From a virus (lineage: Duplodnaviria; Caudoviricetes): DNA of 60,503 nt. Shown here in pieces: positions 1-8,328 of the stretch. The position numbers and the translations under genes are program-made. The DNA is taken from the IMG/VR virus record IMGVR_UViG_3300021478_000004, positions 1-60,503 of that record. One strand, 5' to 3'. The first letter of the stretch is position 1, and each line of letters starts with the position of its first letter. Below the pieces are notes generated by a model, which was given only the letters and a program-made list of their open reading frames with translations, made no database searches and had not been told where the DNA came from.

Positions 1-127
1 TCGCCGGGTCGGGCGCGACGGACGAAACCAGCGCGGCAAGCGTAGGCGGTGGAGGGGCTCCCGGCTGGGGCTGCGGCGGGGCTGGGGAAGGAGCCTGAAC
101 CGGTGCGGAGGGAAGCTGCATAGGCGC
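1..127. repeat. 127-bp terminal direct repeat identical to 60377-60503 (circular-contig overlap)
   Basis: tcgccgggtc...gctgcataggcgc occurs at both ends; it falls inside a continuous ORF and 127 is a common assembler k-mer size. Confidence 0.95.
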
Positions 128-460
128 GGCAGGAGGCGGCGTGGCGGGCTGCCCTGCGCCGCCGCCGAGCAGAGGGCTCATGGTCCCCGGCGCGCCCTGC
201 TGCCATGCCTGCTGCTGCGCCAGTGGCCCCAAGTCCGCCGCCTGGGTCGCTCCTCCGGCTTGCCCGAACTTTTGCATCGCGGCCGCCCAATTCGGCGTGC
301 CGTCCGAGTTCATCGGAAAGCCGCCCTTGAACGCGTTGCTGATGTCGATTTGGGTCTGCTGCTGTTGCGCGTTCCGATAGTCGCCCGGCAGGTTCCCGAT
401 CAGGTTCGATAGGAGCGACGCGTAGTTCGGATAGCTCGGCGACGGGGGGAACTCAGCCAT
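1..460 (-). CDS. 5' part of the lytic-transglycosylase ejection protein; continues across the circular junction into 60376..58551 (761 aa total)
   Basis: ATG at 460 (MAEFPPSPSYPNY...) reads without a stop for 113 codons into MQLPSAP at 121 (=60497). Confidence 0.85.
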   Translation of the reverse strand, partial: MAEFPPSPSYPNYASLLSNLIGNLPGDYRNAQQQQTQIDISNAFKGGFPMNSDGTPNWAAAMQKFGQAGGATQAADLGPLAQQQAWQQGAPGTMSPLLGGGAGQPATPPPAAPMQLPSAPVQAPSPAPPQPQPGAPPPPTLAALVSSVAPDPA

Positions 461-511
461 CAGGAGCTATTACCGCTTGCATTTCGTCTCACCTTTTGCT
501 AATTTCGTCTC

Positions 512-829
512 ATGACCAACAAGAGAAAAACTGGCCGTCCCGCCTCATCGTCATATCCCGGACCGCAATGCGGCGTGTCGCGGGCGACGTGGTATCGTAA
601 GCGAAAACTAACATTTAAGTATGAGGAGCAAAAATCCGCCAAACTAGAGGAACAATGCTCTGATATGAAACGCCAGATAGATGAACTTATCGTTCATAGA
701 GATACACTTATCAAAGAATTGTTTAGGATAAGACAAATGTCCGTACACGAACTAGATAACGATGAATTAGCTAGGTTGAGAAGGGCGACTGATCCGAAAA
801 AACGTCCCTTCAGAGCCGGGGTGAGATAG
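512..829 (+). CDS. Small HTH plus coiled-coil protein, AT-rich, inserted opposite to the late operon (moron-like)
   Basis: CGVSRATWYR HTH-like motif, then heptads; visibly lower GC than flanks. Confidence 0.6.
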   Translation: MTNKRKTGRPASSSYPGPQCGVSRATWYRKRKLTFKYEEQKSAKLEEQCSDMKRQIDELIVHRDTLIKELFRIRQMSVHELDNDELARLRRATDPKKRPFRAGVR

Positions 830-832
830 CCC

Positions 833-1744
833 TCAAGCCGCGTCCAAGAACCTAGCGAGTTCGGCTGCGCGTTCGGTGGCGGCCCCGTAATTTACGGCGA
901 GCCAGCCGCCGATTTCGTGGACCGCGTCGGGATTGTCCACGGCTACTTCCTGAGCCATCAGGCCGATGCGCGGCGTATCGTCGCCGATATAGTTGTATCG
1001 GTAAATCTGCTGACCGTCGTAGAGTTCGCCCACTGGTTCTATGTCTTCTTTCAAGCGCTCGTCGGAGAACAGCGAGCCGAGCGAGCCGAGAATACTGCTT
1101 CCCGGGATCGCCGTGGTGAGGCCCTTTGCCGCGCCGCCGAGCAGCCCGAGACCGAGGCTCTGGTTTGCGAGGTCAGCCGACGCGTTAGCGTTGCCGATGC
1201 CGACGTTCGCGCCCATGTTGAGGCCCGCGAGCGTGTTCTGGTTCGCGTTGAGCCCGCTGCCGAGGCCAGTGTCGACGCCAGCGATTCCCGTCGCTCCTTG
1301 CGTGGAATATCCGAGGTACGGCTGCAACTGCGAGACGTAATTGTTGTAGGTCGTCCCGGCCAAGTTCTGGCCCATGTTCTGGAGCGCGATGGCCTCGTTG
1401 CCCGAGTCGCCTGTTCCGCCGGCCTGCGCGGCGGCCTTGACGGCGTTTTCGCCCGAGCCCAGTTGGAACTGGTATCCCGGCGTCGTCTGAAGCGCGGTGA
1501 GCGCGGATTGCGTGCCCGCCGGCCCGTTGAGGCCCAGCACGTTGCCGAGCGCGCCGACGCCTTGCTGCGCGTTGCCGAAGTTCTGCTGGAATGGCTGAAG
1601 CGCGGCGGCGTAATTCGTCTGAAGGGCCTGATTGCCCGTGGCGATGTTGCCCTGCGCCTGCTGCTGGCCCGCCTGAATGCCTTTGATTTGATCCTGCGCC
1701 GCATTGTCCGCGCCGCCGAACAAGTCCGAAAAAAATGAAGCCAT
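833..1744 (-). CDS. DNA-ejection/pilot protein (P22 gp7-like) with C-terminal Peptidase_S74-like (intramolecular chaperone) domain
   Basis: Gly/Ala/Gln/Asn-rich with TPGYQF motif; C-terminal SDERLKEDIEPVGE...IYRYNY...IGLMAQEV. Confidence 0.75.
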   Translation of the reverse strand: MASFFSDLFGGADNAAQDQIKGIQAGQQQAQGNIATGNQALQTNYAAALQPFQQNFGNAQQGVGALGNVLGLNGPAGTQSALTALQTTPGYQFQLGSGENAVKAAAQAGGTGDSGNEAIALQNMGQNLAGTTYNNYVSQLQPYLGYSTQGATGIAGVDTGLGSGLNANQNTLAGLNMGANVGIGNANASADLANQSLGLGLLGGAAKGLTTAIPGSSILGSLGSLFSDERLKEDIEPVGELYDGQQIYRYNYIGDDTPRIGLMAQEVAVDNPDAVHEIGGWLAVNYGAATERAAELARFLDAA

Positions 1745-1962
1745 CAGATCAACCTCACTCTGAGCGCGCCCGCATTATGATACACACCGCCGACCGCGAC
1801 GCCAGCCTTGGCCGCGGCCGCGTCATTCGCCGCGCTCGGGAACGGCCCGAGGTTGCCCGCCGCAAACAGCGTCATGAACAGGCGGAAAGCCTCCTCGGGG
1901 CGGCCGGTCTTGGTGTCGATCCACGGCAGCGTCGGCGAGGGGAGGTTTGCGACGCGGGTCAT
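1744..1962 (-). CDS. Small hypothetical virion protein
   Basis: Start/stop overlaps with both neighbours in the late operon. Confidence 0.65.
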   Translation of the reverse strand: MTRVANLPSPTLPWIDTKTGRPEEAFRLFMTLFAAGNLGPFPSAANDAAAAKAGVAVGGVYHNAGALRVRLI

Positions 1963-4052
1963 CTCTCGCTCGGCCTCAATTCCGACGACTGCGTCCCGCC
2001 AAAAAACGAGACATAAACGTCATCCGTGACGTCGAGCCGCCAGCGCACGCCCATCGATCCGGCCTGCCCCATGTTCGAAACCGAAACGTACTGGCGTCGA
2101 GAGTGCGCTTGCGCGCCGAGCGAGCGAATCAGAGGGTTGCCCCAATTCAGCCCGCCGTTGCGGCTCATCGAAACCGCGACCTGAGGCGCGACCGAGTTCG
2201 GCGGCGATGTCAGGTCGACAACGGAGCCGCCCGATGTGTAAGCGTTGGTGAAGACTGACCCTTGAAGCCCGATGTGCGTTGCGTCGATCACAGTGATTTG
2301 CCAGACGCCGTTGGCCTCCACCGTGCCGACGACTCCTGACACGCGGGCAACGTCGTTCGTGCGCATGTTCGTCGTCGAGGTGACGGCAAGCGCGATGATC
2401 CCTCCCGCACCGGCCGCGGCTCCAGTGACGCCGGTCGTGACCGACCCTACCGCTTGGCCGACGCCGAACACAAAATCGAAATCTCCGCGAGCTACCCGAA
2501 GTTCGGACGGAAACGCGCGAACCGGCCCCGATTCCATGCGCCAAATCTGAGACGCGCCATTCTCGGTGTAGTTCGTATCGTCGATATAGAGCAGATTGCC
2601 TGATTGCACGTCCCCGAGCATCCACTTCCCGAAAGCCGGATGCCCGCCCGTCGCGCGCCAGCGGCCATAAATTTCAGACGTGGCGAGCGACCAGCGCTCG
2701 TTCCATTTCTTCGTCTGTAGGTTGAATTCCCACGTCCAATTTGGCGACGATAGCGCCCAGAACTTCTTGCCCGCCGTGATGTAAACCCCAGCCTCCAGCG
2801 TGTTCCCGGCGCGTACCTCGGCCTCGATCAGGCGGTCCAGATCGGGAGGGGAAATCTTGATGAAAGCCAAGCCTCCGCTCGTCATCCATTGGACGCCGCA
2901 GCCCTCGTCCACCCATATCAGTTCGGAAAATCCGGTATCCCATCCCGCAATCGCGTTCGGCTGAATGAGACCAGTTTCTAGCACGCCGATGCGCGAGTAT
3001 GGAAAGGCTGGCGCGGGGATCGCCGCGTCCTGCCATACCTCGCAAGAGCCGGTCGTAAACGCGAGCAACAGGCCCGAGAACGCGATGCCCCGGAGCAATT
3101 GCACATCGGCCTTGGCCTGCACGGTGATGAAAGTCAGCGCTGTGACCGTAAGACCATTGATAGTGCTAGCAAAAATCCTTCCGTCGCCGATCGTGAAAAA
3201 GAAATAGCCGTCTTGGAAACAGACCGAATTTGGCTCCGGCAAATTACCAGCGCCATTGAATAGCGTGGGGTTGCCGGTGAACGCTCCGAAAGTTCCCTGC
3301 CCGCCCGCGAGATTGCCTGACACTGGCGCGAAGGTGACGGTTTCGTTCCCGGTCCCGGTGACGCCGGAATCGACCGAGGTTTGATTGCCGATCGATCCCT
3401 GATGATCGAAGGTGATCACCGCTCCGGCCGATGTCGCCGTTAGATTTGCTGCCGCGAGGGCGGAGTTAGCGTTCACTGCAGCGGCCAGTGCTGTCGCTAC
3501 GGTAATCGCCGTCTCTGCCGCGCCGAGCGTGTAGCTAACGGAAATAGGAAAGCTTCCGATGACGCTCAGCGCCGGGTTGAGAAATGTCAGCGCTACGACG
3601 TCGCCCGTGTTGAATGTCGTACCGCCGATCGTCGCCGTGGCGGTGGCGGCTAGGACGGCCGCGCTGCCGAGGACATAGGCCCCGTTGTCGAGGTCGACCG
3701 CGACCACGTCCGGCGTCGGACTCGCCTGATTACGCGCGATCGACACTTTTTTCGTGCCTGGAAAAACTCCGGTCCCGATCGGGGTGAGAGCGCCGGCCGA
3801 ACTCACCGTCGAGGCATCATTCGCCCAGGTTTCATATGAAACACCGCCAACGGTCAGGCCACCGCGATAGCCGCTGTTCGCCGAGACTGCAAACTGCGAC
3901 AGGCCGGGGCTTCGAATCCATTTAAACTTTCCCGGACCGACGTCTCCCAATGGCTCGGCATAGGCATTGATGAGCCGGCCGCCGCTCTCTTGCGGGTTGT
4001 TACCGGGGAATGAACTTGTCGGCCACGAGATGGGCGTTGGCTTGTTGGGCAC
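1959..4052 (-). CDS. Tail hub / packaged-DNA stabilization protein (P22 gp10-like) with inserted domains
   Basis: RLINAYAE N-terminus, QDGYFFFT, TWEFNLQTKKWNER, SMSRNGGLNWG motifs; position after the adaptor. Confidence 0.8.
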   Translation of the reverse strand: MPNKPTPISWPTSSFPGNNPQESGGRLINAYAEPLGDVGPGKFKWIRSPGLSQFAVSANSGYRGGLTVGGVSYETWANDASTVSSAGALTPIGTGVFPGTKKVSIARNQASPTPDVVAVDLDNGAYVLGSAAVLAATATATIGGTTFNTGDVVALTFLNPALSVIGSFPISVSYTLGAAETAITVATALAAAVNANSALAAANLTATSAGAVITFDHQGSIGNQTSVDSGVTGTGNETVTFAPVSGNLAGGQGTFGAFTGNPTLFNGAGNLPEPNSVCFQDGYFFFTIGDGRIFASTINGLTVTALTFITVQAKADVQLLRGIAFSGLLLAFTTGSCEVWQDAAIPAPAFPYSRIGVLETGLIQPNAIAGWDTGFSELIWVDEGCGVQWMTSGGLAFIKISPPDLDRLIEAEVRAGNTLEAGVYITAGKKFWALSSPNWTWEFNLQTKKWNERWSLATSEIYGRWRATGGHPAFGKWMLGDVQSGNLLYIDDTNYTENGASQIWRMESGPVRAFPSELRVARGDFDFVFGVGQAVGSVTTGVTGAAAGAGGIIALAVTSTTNMRTNDVARVSGVVGTVEANGVWQITVIDATHIGLQGSVFTNAYTSGGSVVDLTSPPNSVAPQVAVSMSRNGGLNWGNPLIRSLGAQAHSRRQYVSVSNMGQAGSMGVRWRLDVTDDVYVSFFGGTQSSELRPSER

Positions 4053-4453
4053 TAGAAGCTATCCGTGCGAAGCGGCTCTCCTGTCGGACGGCCCCGCAGC
4101 ATCACCTTGAGGCTCTGCGCAGCCGCGCCAGCCCCGACCGGAACCTGGCCCCAACCGCCGAGACCGCGATTGATGTATTCTCCTGCCTCTTCCCCGCTCG
4201 AGCCCATGGCTCTCGCGCACTCGCCAGCAACGATCAGCACGAGGTCGCTAAACCATTCGCCCGGGATGTTGTTAGGATCGGCGACATAAACGATTTCGTT
4301 CCCCGCCAGCTTACGAAGGATCGAATCCAGCTTGTTGTTGACGGTCGAGAAGTCCTCTGGCGATATGGGCTGGCCTGGACTGAGAACGCCAAGCTCTTCA
4401 AGCGCTCCGAGAACGAGGTCGCTCGACGTGCGGAACGGGTTGTAAGCCGCCAC
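4052..4453 (-). CDS. Head-to-tail adaptor (P22 gp4-like)
   Basis: T..DLVLGALEELGVL..G...SPED N-terminus; position. Confidence 0.7.
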   Translation of the reverse strand: MAAYNPFRTSSDLVLGALEELGVLSPGQPISPEDFSTVNNKLDSILRKLAGNEIVYVADPNNIPGEWFSDLVLIVAGECARAMGSSGEEAGEYINRGLGGWGQVPVGAGAAAQSLKVMLRGRPTGEPLRTDSF

Positions 4454-4461
4454 GGCTCAGA

Positions 4462-5019
4462 TCACTTCGCGCGCCACGGAAGGTCCAGGACCCCATACTT
4501 CACCCAGACCCGGGAGACGTCCATATCGGTCATCCCCTGCTTCATTCGGAGATCGCGAAGCACCGGCTCGGCCATCGTCCCCAGCCATTTTACGTCGTCT
4601 TCTCCGACCTCGCATGTCTGTCGCAGCACGCGATCATCCGCCCAATGCTTGATCAATCCCTCGACGCTGTCGCACGTCTTGAGCCAGGCGACGACGTGCG
4701 CGCGATACTCCATCGCCGTCTTCGGGCCGTCGTTCGGATTGTGATCGGCCGGCTTGCTCGGATCGCCCTTGCCGACGCGGAAAAAGCGGTTCGTGCGCGC
4801 GGCTTCGATGTGCGCCGCGTTCGTGATCCGCTGCGTGACGCCGGCATGGAACTCGACCCCGCGCCATGTGGTTTTGGGAGGATCGCCGGGGCCGGGCAAA
4901 TAAGTGATGTCCTCGCCGTCATCCTTCGCGGGTTCCGGCTTGGGCGGGGCGACCGTATGGGCTTGCACAGGGCGCGGCGGATCGGCAGGCGCAGGCGGTT
5001 TGTTTTTGTCATCGGCCAT
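4462..5019 (-). CDS. Hypothetical protein
   Basis: 185-aa ORF in the late operon with RBS. Confidence 0.7.
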   Translation of the reverse strand: MADDKNKPPAPADPPRPVQAHTVAPPKPEPAKDDGEDITYLPGPGDPPKTTWRGVEFHAGVTQRITNAAHIEAARTNRFFRVGKGDPSKPADHNPNDGPKTAMEYRAHVVAWLKTCDSVEGLIKHWADDRVLRQTCEVGEDDVKWLGTMAEPVLRDLRMKQGMTDMDVSRVWVKYGVLDLPWRAK

Positions 5020-5341
5020 TGTGGCTATCCTTGATCGTTTTCATAAAATCAGTCTCGATCACACGCCCGGTTCTGCGCTCGTATTCGGAAACTTGGTCCG
5101 CCAGTAGCAGCGCCAAGTCCTTGAACGATCCGATACTCATGGCCAAGACCGCAACAGTCTCTTGCGGCATGAACGGCGCAAGATCGCCGTTTTGCAGTTT
5201 GCTTGGCCGCAACTGGTTGGCCAGCAAGACCGCGTCATTGCTGGTACAAGATAACTGGAACCCTGACACATGAAACCTAGGAGCCTCAATCGGAATCGCC
5301 GTTACTATCGCCCCTTGCGGTAGCTTAGGTTCAAATCTCAT
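5009..5341 (-). CDS. Hypothetical protein (DUF3467-like)
   Basis: GAAGGAGAG RBS before MRFEPK; C-terminal MSIGSFKDLALLLADQVSEYERRTG pattern. Confidence 0.55.
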   Translation of the reverse strand: MRFEPKLPQGAIVTAIPIEAPRFHVSGFQLSCTSNDAVLLANQLRPSKLQNGDLAPFMPQETVAVLAMSIGSFKDLALLLADQVSEYERRTGRVIETDFMKTIKDSHNGR

Positions 5342-5351
5342 GCACTCTCCT

Positions 5352-5876
5352 TCACTGATCGTTGTTCTTAGCGAACGTGATAACGATCGTGCAAATGCCA
5401 GTCGTGGCCGCAGTCCCGGTCTGCGTATATTTGACGAAAATAGGGACCGAGCCATTTATCGCCGTCTGAAAGGTCGGGCTGTTGGTGACTTGCATCCCCA
5501 GCCCCGCCGCAGTCGTAAGGTGATAGATTCCCGGAGTTCCCGCGGTGATGCCCGACGCCACGATTTCGTTGGCGCTCGCCGCCGTTGCGCCTACCGTGAT
5601 GACGTTGGTCGTAGCCGCGTTGAACGCTGTGACGACCTGCGCATCGATCGTGAGAATGAAGGCGTTCTTGGGCAGCGTCGCGTACCAGACGCCGGTCGCG
5701 ATACGCGGGTCGTTGAAGTTGATCGTGACGCGAGAGTAGCATACCTGCTGCGACAATTCGCAGGTGCGCTCCGGGATGATCTTGTTCGGATCGGTGACGA
5801 GGGCGGACGCGGGGACGAAGGCGAAGCAGGCGAGGAGGAGAACCGCGAGGGCGGACTTGATGAGTTTCGAAAACAT
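5352..5876 (-). CDS. Capsid cement/decoration-like protein carrying an N-terminal signal peptide
   Basis: Directly after MCP; LPKNAFIL...VVTAFNAATTNVITVG...KYTQTGTAATTG pattern; leader MFSKLIKSALAVLLLACFAFVPASA. Confidence 0.7.
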   Translation of the reverse strand: MFSKLIKSALAVLLLACFAFVPASALVTDPNKIIPERTCELSQQVCYSRVTINFNDPRIATGVWYATLPKNAFILTIDAQVVTAFNAATTNVITVGATAASANEIVASGITAGTPGIYHLTTAAGLGMQVTNSPTFQTAINGSVPIFVKYTQTGTAATTGICTIVITFAKNNDQ

Positions 5877-5900
5877 GGCGGGGATTCCTGTGTGCGAGAT

Positions 5901-5930
5901 GGAAGAAGCCGCCCCTTGATTGGGACGGCT
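5901..5930 (-). terminator. Probable intrinsic terminator/attenuator after the major capsid gene
   Basis: AGCCGTCCC-AATCAA-GGGGCGGCT hairpin followed by TCTTCC. Confidence 0.55.
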
Positions 5931-5941
5931 AGATTTTTCGA

Positions 5942-7105
5942 TCAATCCTTTACGGCGGCCTCGAACATCGTGAAGATGCCCCATTCCTTGAAGTTGCCAG
6001 CCGCATTCAGCTTCGCCAGCTTTCCAAGCCCGTAGCACATCTCAACGCCAGTGCCGCGGACGAACCCGTAGTCGTCTTCCTTGCGGAAGGTAGCCATCGG
6101 CATCTTGCCCCAGCACCAGGCTTGCGCCTGCTGGCCGCAGAGGAACGCGGGCGCTACCTGGGTTGTCGCGGCGGCTCCGGCGGTCGCGTAAAAGGTCGGC
6201 AACCGGAGCGACAATTCCGGGATTTCCCGGATGATCACGCCGTTGTAGAGCAAGTCGCCGTCGACGAAGATCGGGTTCTTGAGATAGCCCTGATTTTCGC
6301 GGGCGCGCGAGTTCTGGTTCGCGGTTTTGATATCCGTGTCGTTCTGAGCGTCACGGAACTGCTCTTGCCCGACGAATAGCACGAACCATTCCGTGCCGTT
6401 TTCCTTCAGCTTGTACGGCCGGATACGCGGATTCGCCAGCTTGGCCGCCCGCTTGGCCCTCATGATCAGGGCTCCTGACATCGTCATCGCCGTCGTGATA
6501 TTCGTCATCGAGGCGGCGAAGTTGCCAGCCGACAGGTTCGCGGCGTTGGACGATCCGATCAGGATGCGGTCGGCGTTGTCGGTGATCCATGTGTTGCGCT
6601 GCGCCGCCGTGGCCGCGTCGAACAGGATGCCGTTGACGCGCTGGCCGTTGGCGCTTCCTAGGCCGGCAGGCGCGGATTGCGAGGGCAGAGCGTAGAACGA
6701 GTCGCAAATCTCGTCGCGCTGTAGTTCCTTGCCCCAATCCACCAGCATCGGCTTGGCTTCGGCGAACAAGTCGATCGAGGATTTGTTCTCCTCGGGCTTG
6801 TTGATTACGACCGCGTTTCGAGCCCAATCGACGTAAAGACGCTGCCCGTAGTTGTCGAGGGCCTCTTCGTTGCCGACCAGAGGGCCGCTAGCGATGGCTT
6901 GAGCATTGAGCCTGGCCATCAGCGGGACGTTGATCTGTTCGCCGCCGTTCTTGCCGCCCTTGTCGAGGTCGGGAATTACGCGAATGATCGTGTTGATGTC
7001 CGTGCCCATGTAGGGGGAGAACAGATTCTCGCGGACATATTCTCGGAAGATCTGCTTCCGGAATTCTATGAGTTTGTTGTTGGCCTGTGTGGCTGTGAAA
7101 GCCAT
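5942..7105 (-). CDS. Major capsid protein (DUF4043/N4-gp56-like)
   Basis: LVGNEEALD, NPIF..G.LLYNGVIIRE, FLCGQQA, EDDYG motifs; downstream of scaffold. Confidence 0.9.
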   Translation of the reverse strand: MAFTATQANNKLIEFRKQIFREYVRENLFSPYMGTDINTIIRVIPDLDKGGKNGGEQINVPLMARLNAQAIASGPLVGNEEALDNYGQRLYVDWARNAVVINKPEENKSSIDLFAEAKPMLVDWGKELQRDEICDSFYALPSQSAPAGLGSANGQRVNGILFDAATAAQRNTWITDNADRILIGSSNAANLSAGNFAASMTNITTAMTMSGALIMRAKRAAKLANPRIRPYKLKENGTEWFVLFVGQEQFRDAQNDTDIKTANQNSRARENQGYLKNPIFVDGDLLYNGVIIREIPELSLRLPTFYATAGAAATTQVAPAFLCGQQAQAWCWGKMPMATFRKEDDYGFVRGTGVEMCYGLGKLAKLNAAGNFKEWGIFTMFEAAVKD

Positions 7106-7161
7106 AGTCGCGCGTCCTTATTCTTGGCCGCGCAAGCGTCGTCGAGACGTAGCGCGGTATT

Positions 7162-8208
7162 TTAAGTGAAAGCGCCGTCGAAGACCGCTCGATCCGATCC
7201 GTCGAGTATTCCGGGATCGATCGGCGCGCGGATGTTGCCGCCGGACGCCCGATTGAGCGACGCGGGCAGGCGGGTTTGAGTTCGCGGGGTTCCGTCATCG
7301 CCCGCCATCGCGTCGGCGCGCATTTCGGCCACGAGTTTTTTCCTGAACTCGGGATCGTTCATGAGCGCCGTGCGCGCGTCTTCGGCGATCCTCGCCTTGT
7401 AGGCGGCCGGATCGTCGCCGACCTCGCGAAGCGTTTCCGTTCGCTTGTGCCAAGCGACGACAGCCTCTCCGGGGTTCAGAGATGAGGTCATTCGCTCGGC
7501 CAGCGCGCGGCCATCCGAGCTGCTTTGGGCGGCGCTCTGCAAAGCTGTGAAGGCTTTGACGAACGTATCGCCGTGGCGATCCTTGGCCATTTGCATGCTC
7601 GCGTTGATGCGCATTTCCTCCATTCGCTGGTCTCGCGCCTGGAGCCGAGCTTCCACCCTCTTGTCGATATAGTCCGAGTACGCTTGCGGACTTTCGTACA
7701 TGTCAGGGGGTGCATCTGGCTTGATCTCGGCTGGCTTTGGCTGCTCGGCGGGCCTTTGCTGCTGACGAAGCGCCGTCAGGAACTCGGCGCGAAGGGCGTC
7801 GATCTTCCTTTGGCTCTCGGCTTCTGCGGCTTCGAGGCGCGCCTTCAGCGCGTTGCGTTCGGTCTCAAAGGCGAGCGTCCGCTCTCGGAGGATGCGAGAG
7901 GGCACACGTCCCTTCGAATCCTCTTCGACATCTGGCTCTGGCTTGGTTTCCGGTTTGGCTTCCGGCTTGGGCTCGGCTTTCGCTTCAACCTTTTCAGGTT
8001 CGCCCTCGCCTTCCTCGCCTTCCTCGTCCGCCTCGTCCTCGTCCTCATCGGGCTCATGCTGACCTTCTAGCCCGTCACCCATCGCTTCGCGCGATCGATC
8101 TCCGGTTTCGTCGAGCGTCAGTTCTTCCTTGCCCCACGCGTCGCCGAAGATTTCCTTGTTAGTCCCGATAATCGCATCCCGAAGGATGTCCTGTTCCGTG
8201 TCCGCCAT
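7162..8208 (-). CDS. Capsid scaffolding protein
   Basis: Acidic N-terminus, RVPSRILRER, coiled coil, PDMYESP; lies between portal and MCP. Confidence 0.8.
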   Translation of the reverse strand: MADTEQDILRDAIIGTNKEIFGDAWGKEELTLDETGDRSREAMGDGLEGQHEPDEDEDEADEEGEEGEGEPEKVEAKAEPKPEAKPETKPEPDVEEDSKGRVPSRILRERTLAFETERNALKARLEAAEAESQRKIDALRAEFLTALRQQQRPAEQPKPAEIKPDAPPDMYESPQAYSDYIDKRVEARLQARDQRMEEMRINASMQMAKDRHGDTFVKAFTALQSAAQSSSDGRALAERMTSSLNPGEAVVAWHKRTETLREVGDDPAAYKARIAEDARTALMNDPEFRKKLVAEMRADAMAGDDGTPRTQTRLPASLNRASGGNIRAPIDPGILDGSDRAVFDGAFT

Positions 8209-8328
8209 TGTAGATTGCTCTCTTCACGTTTCGCTGTGATGCGTTGCGCCTGTCTCGCCGGTCGCGTGCGTTGGAGATTGTCGAGCGGCTCTCCGGGCCG
8301 CGGCTCGTGTCGTGAGCTAGACGAAACT
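8209..8328 (-). promoter_or_regulatory. Structured leader of the scaffold gene: four hairpins with CGANA loops
   Basis: GCTC-ACGACAC-GAGC; GGAGA-GCCGCTCGACAA-TCTCC; GCGACC-GGCGAGACA-GGCGC; CAC-AGCGAAAC-GTG. Confidence 0.45.
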
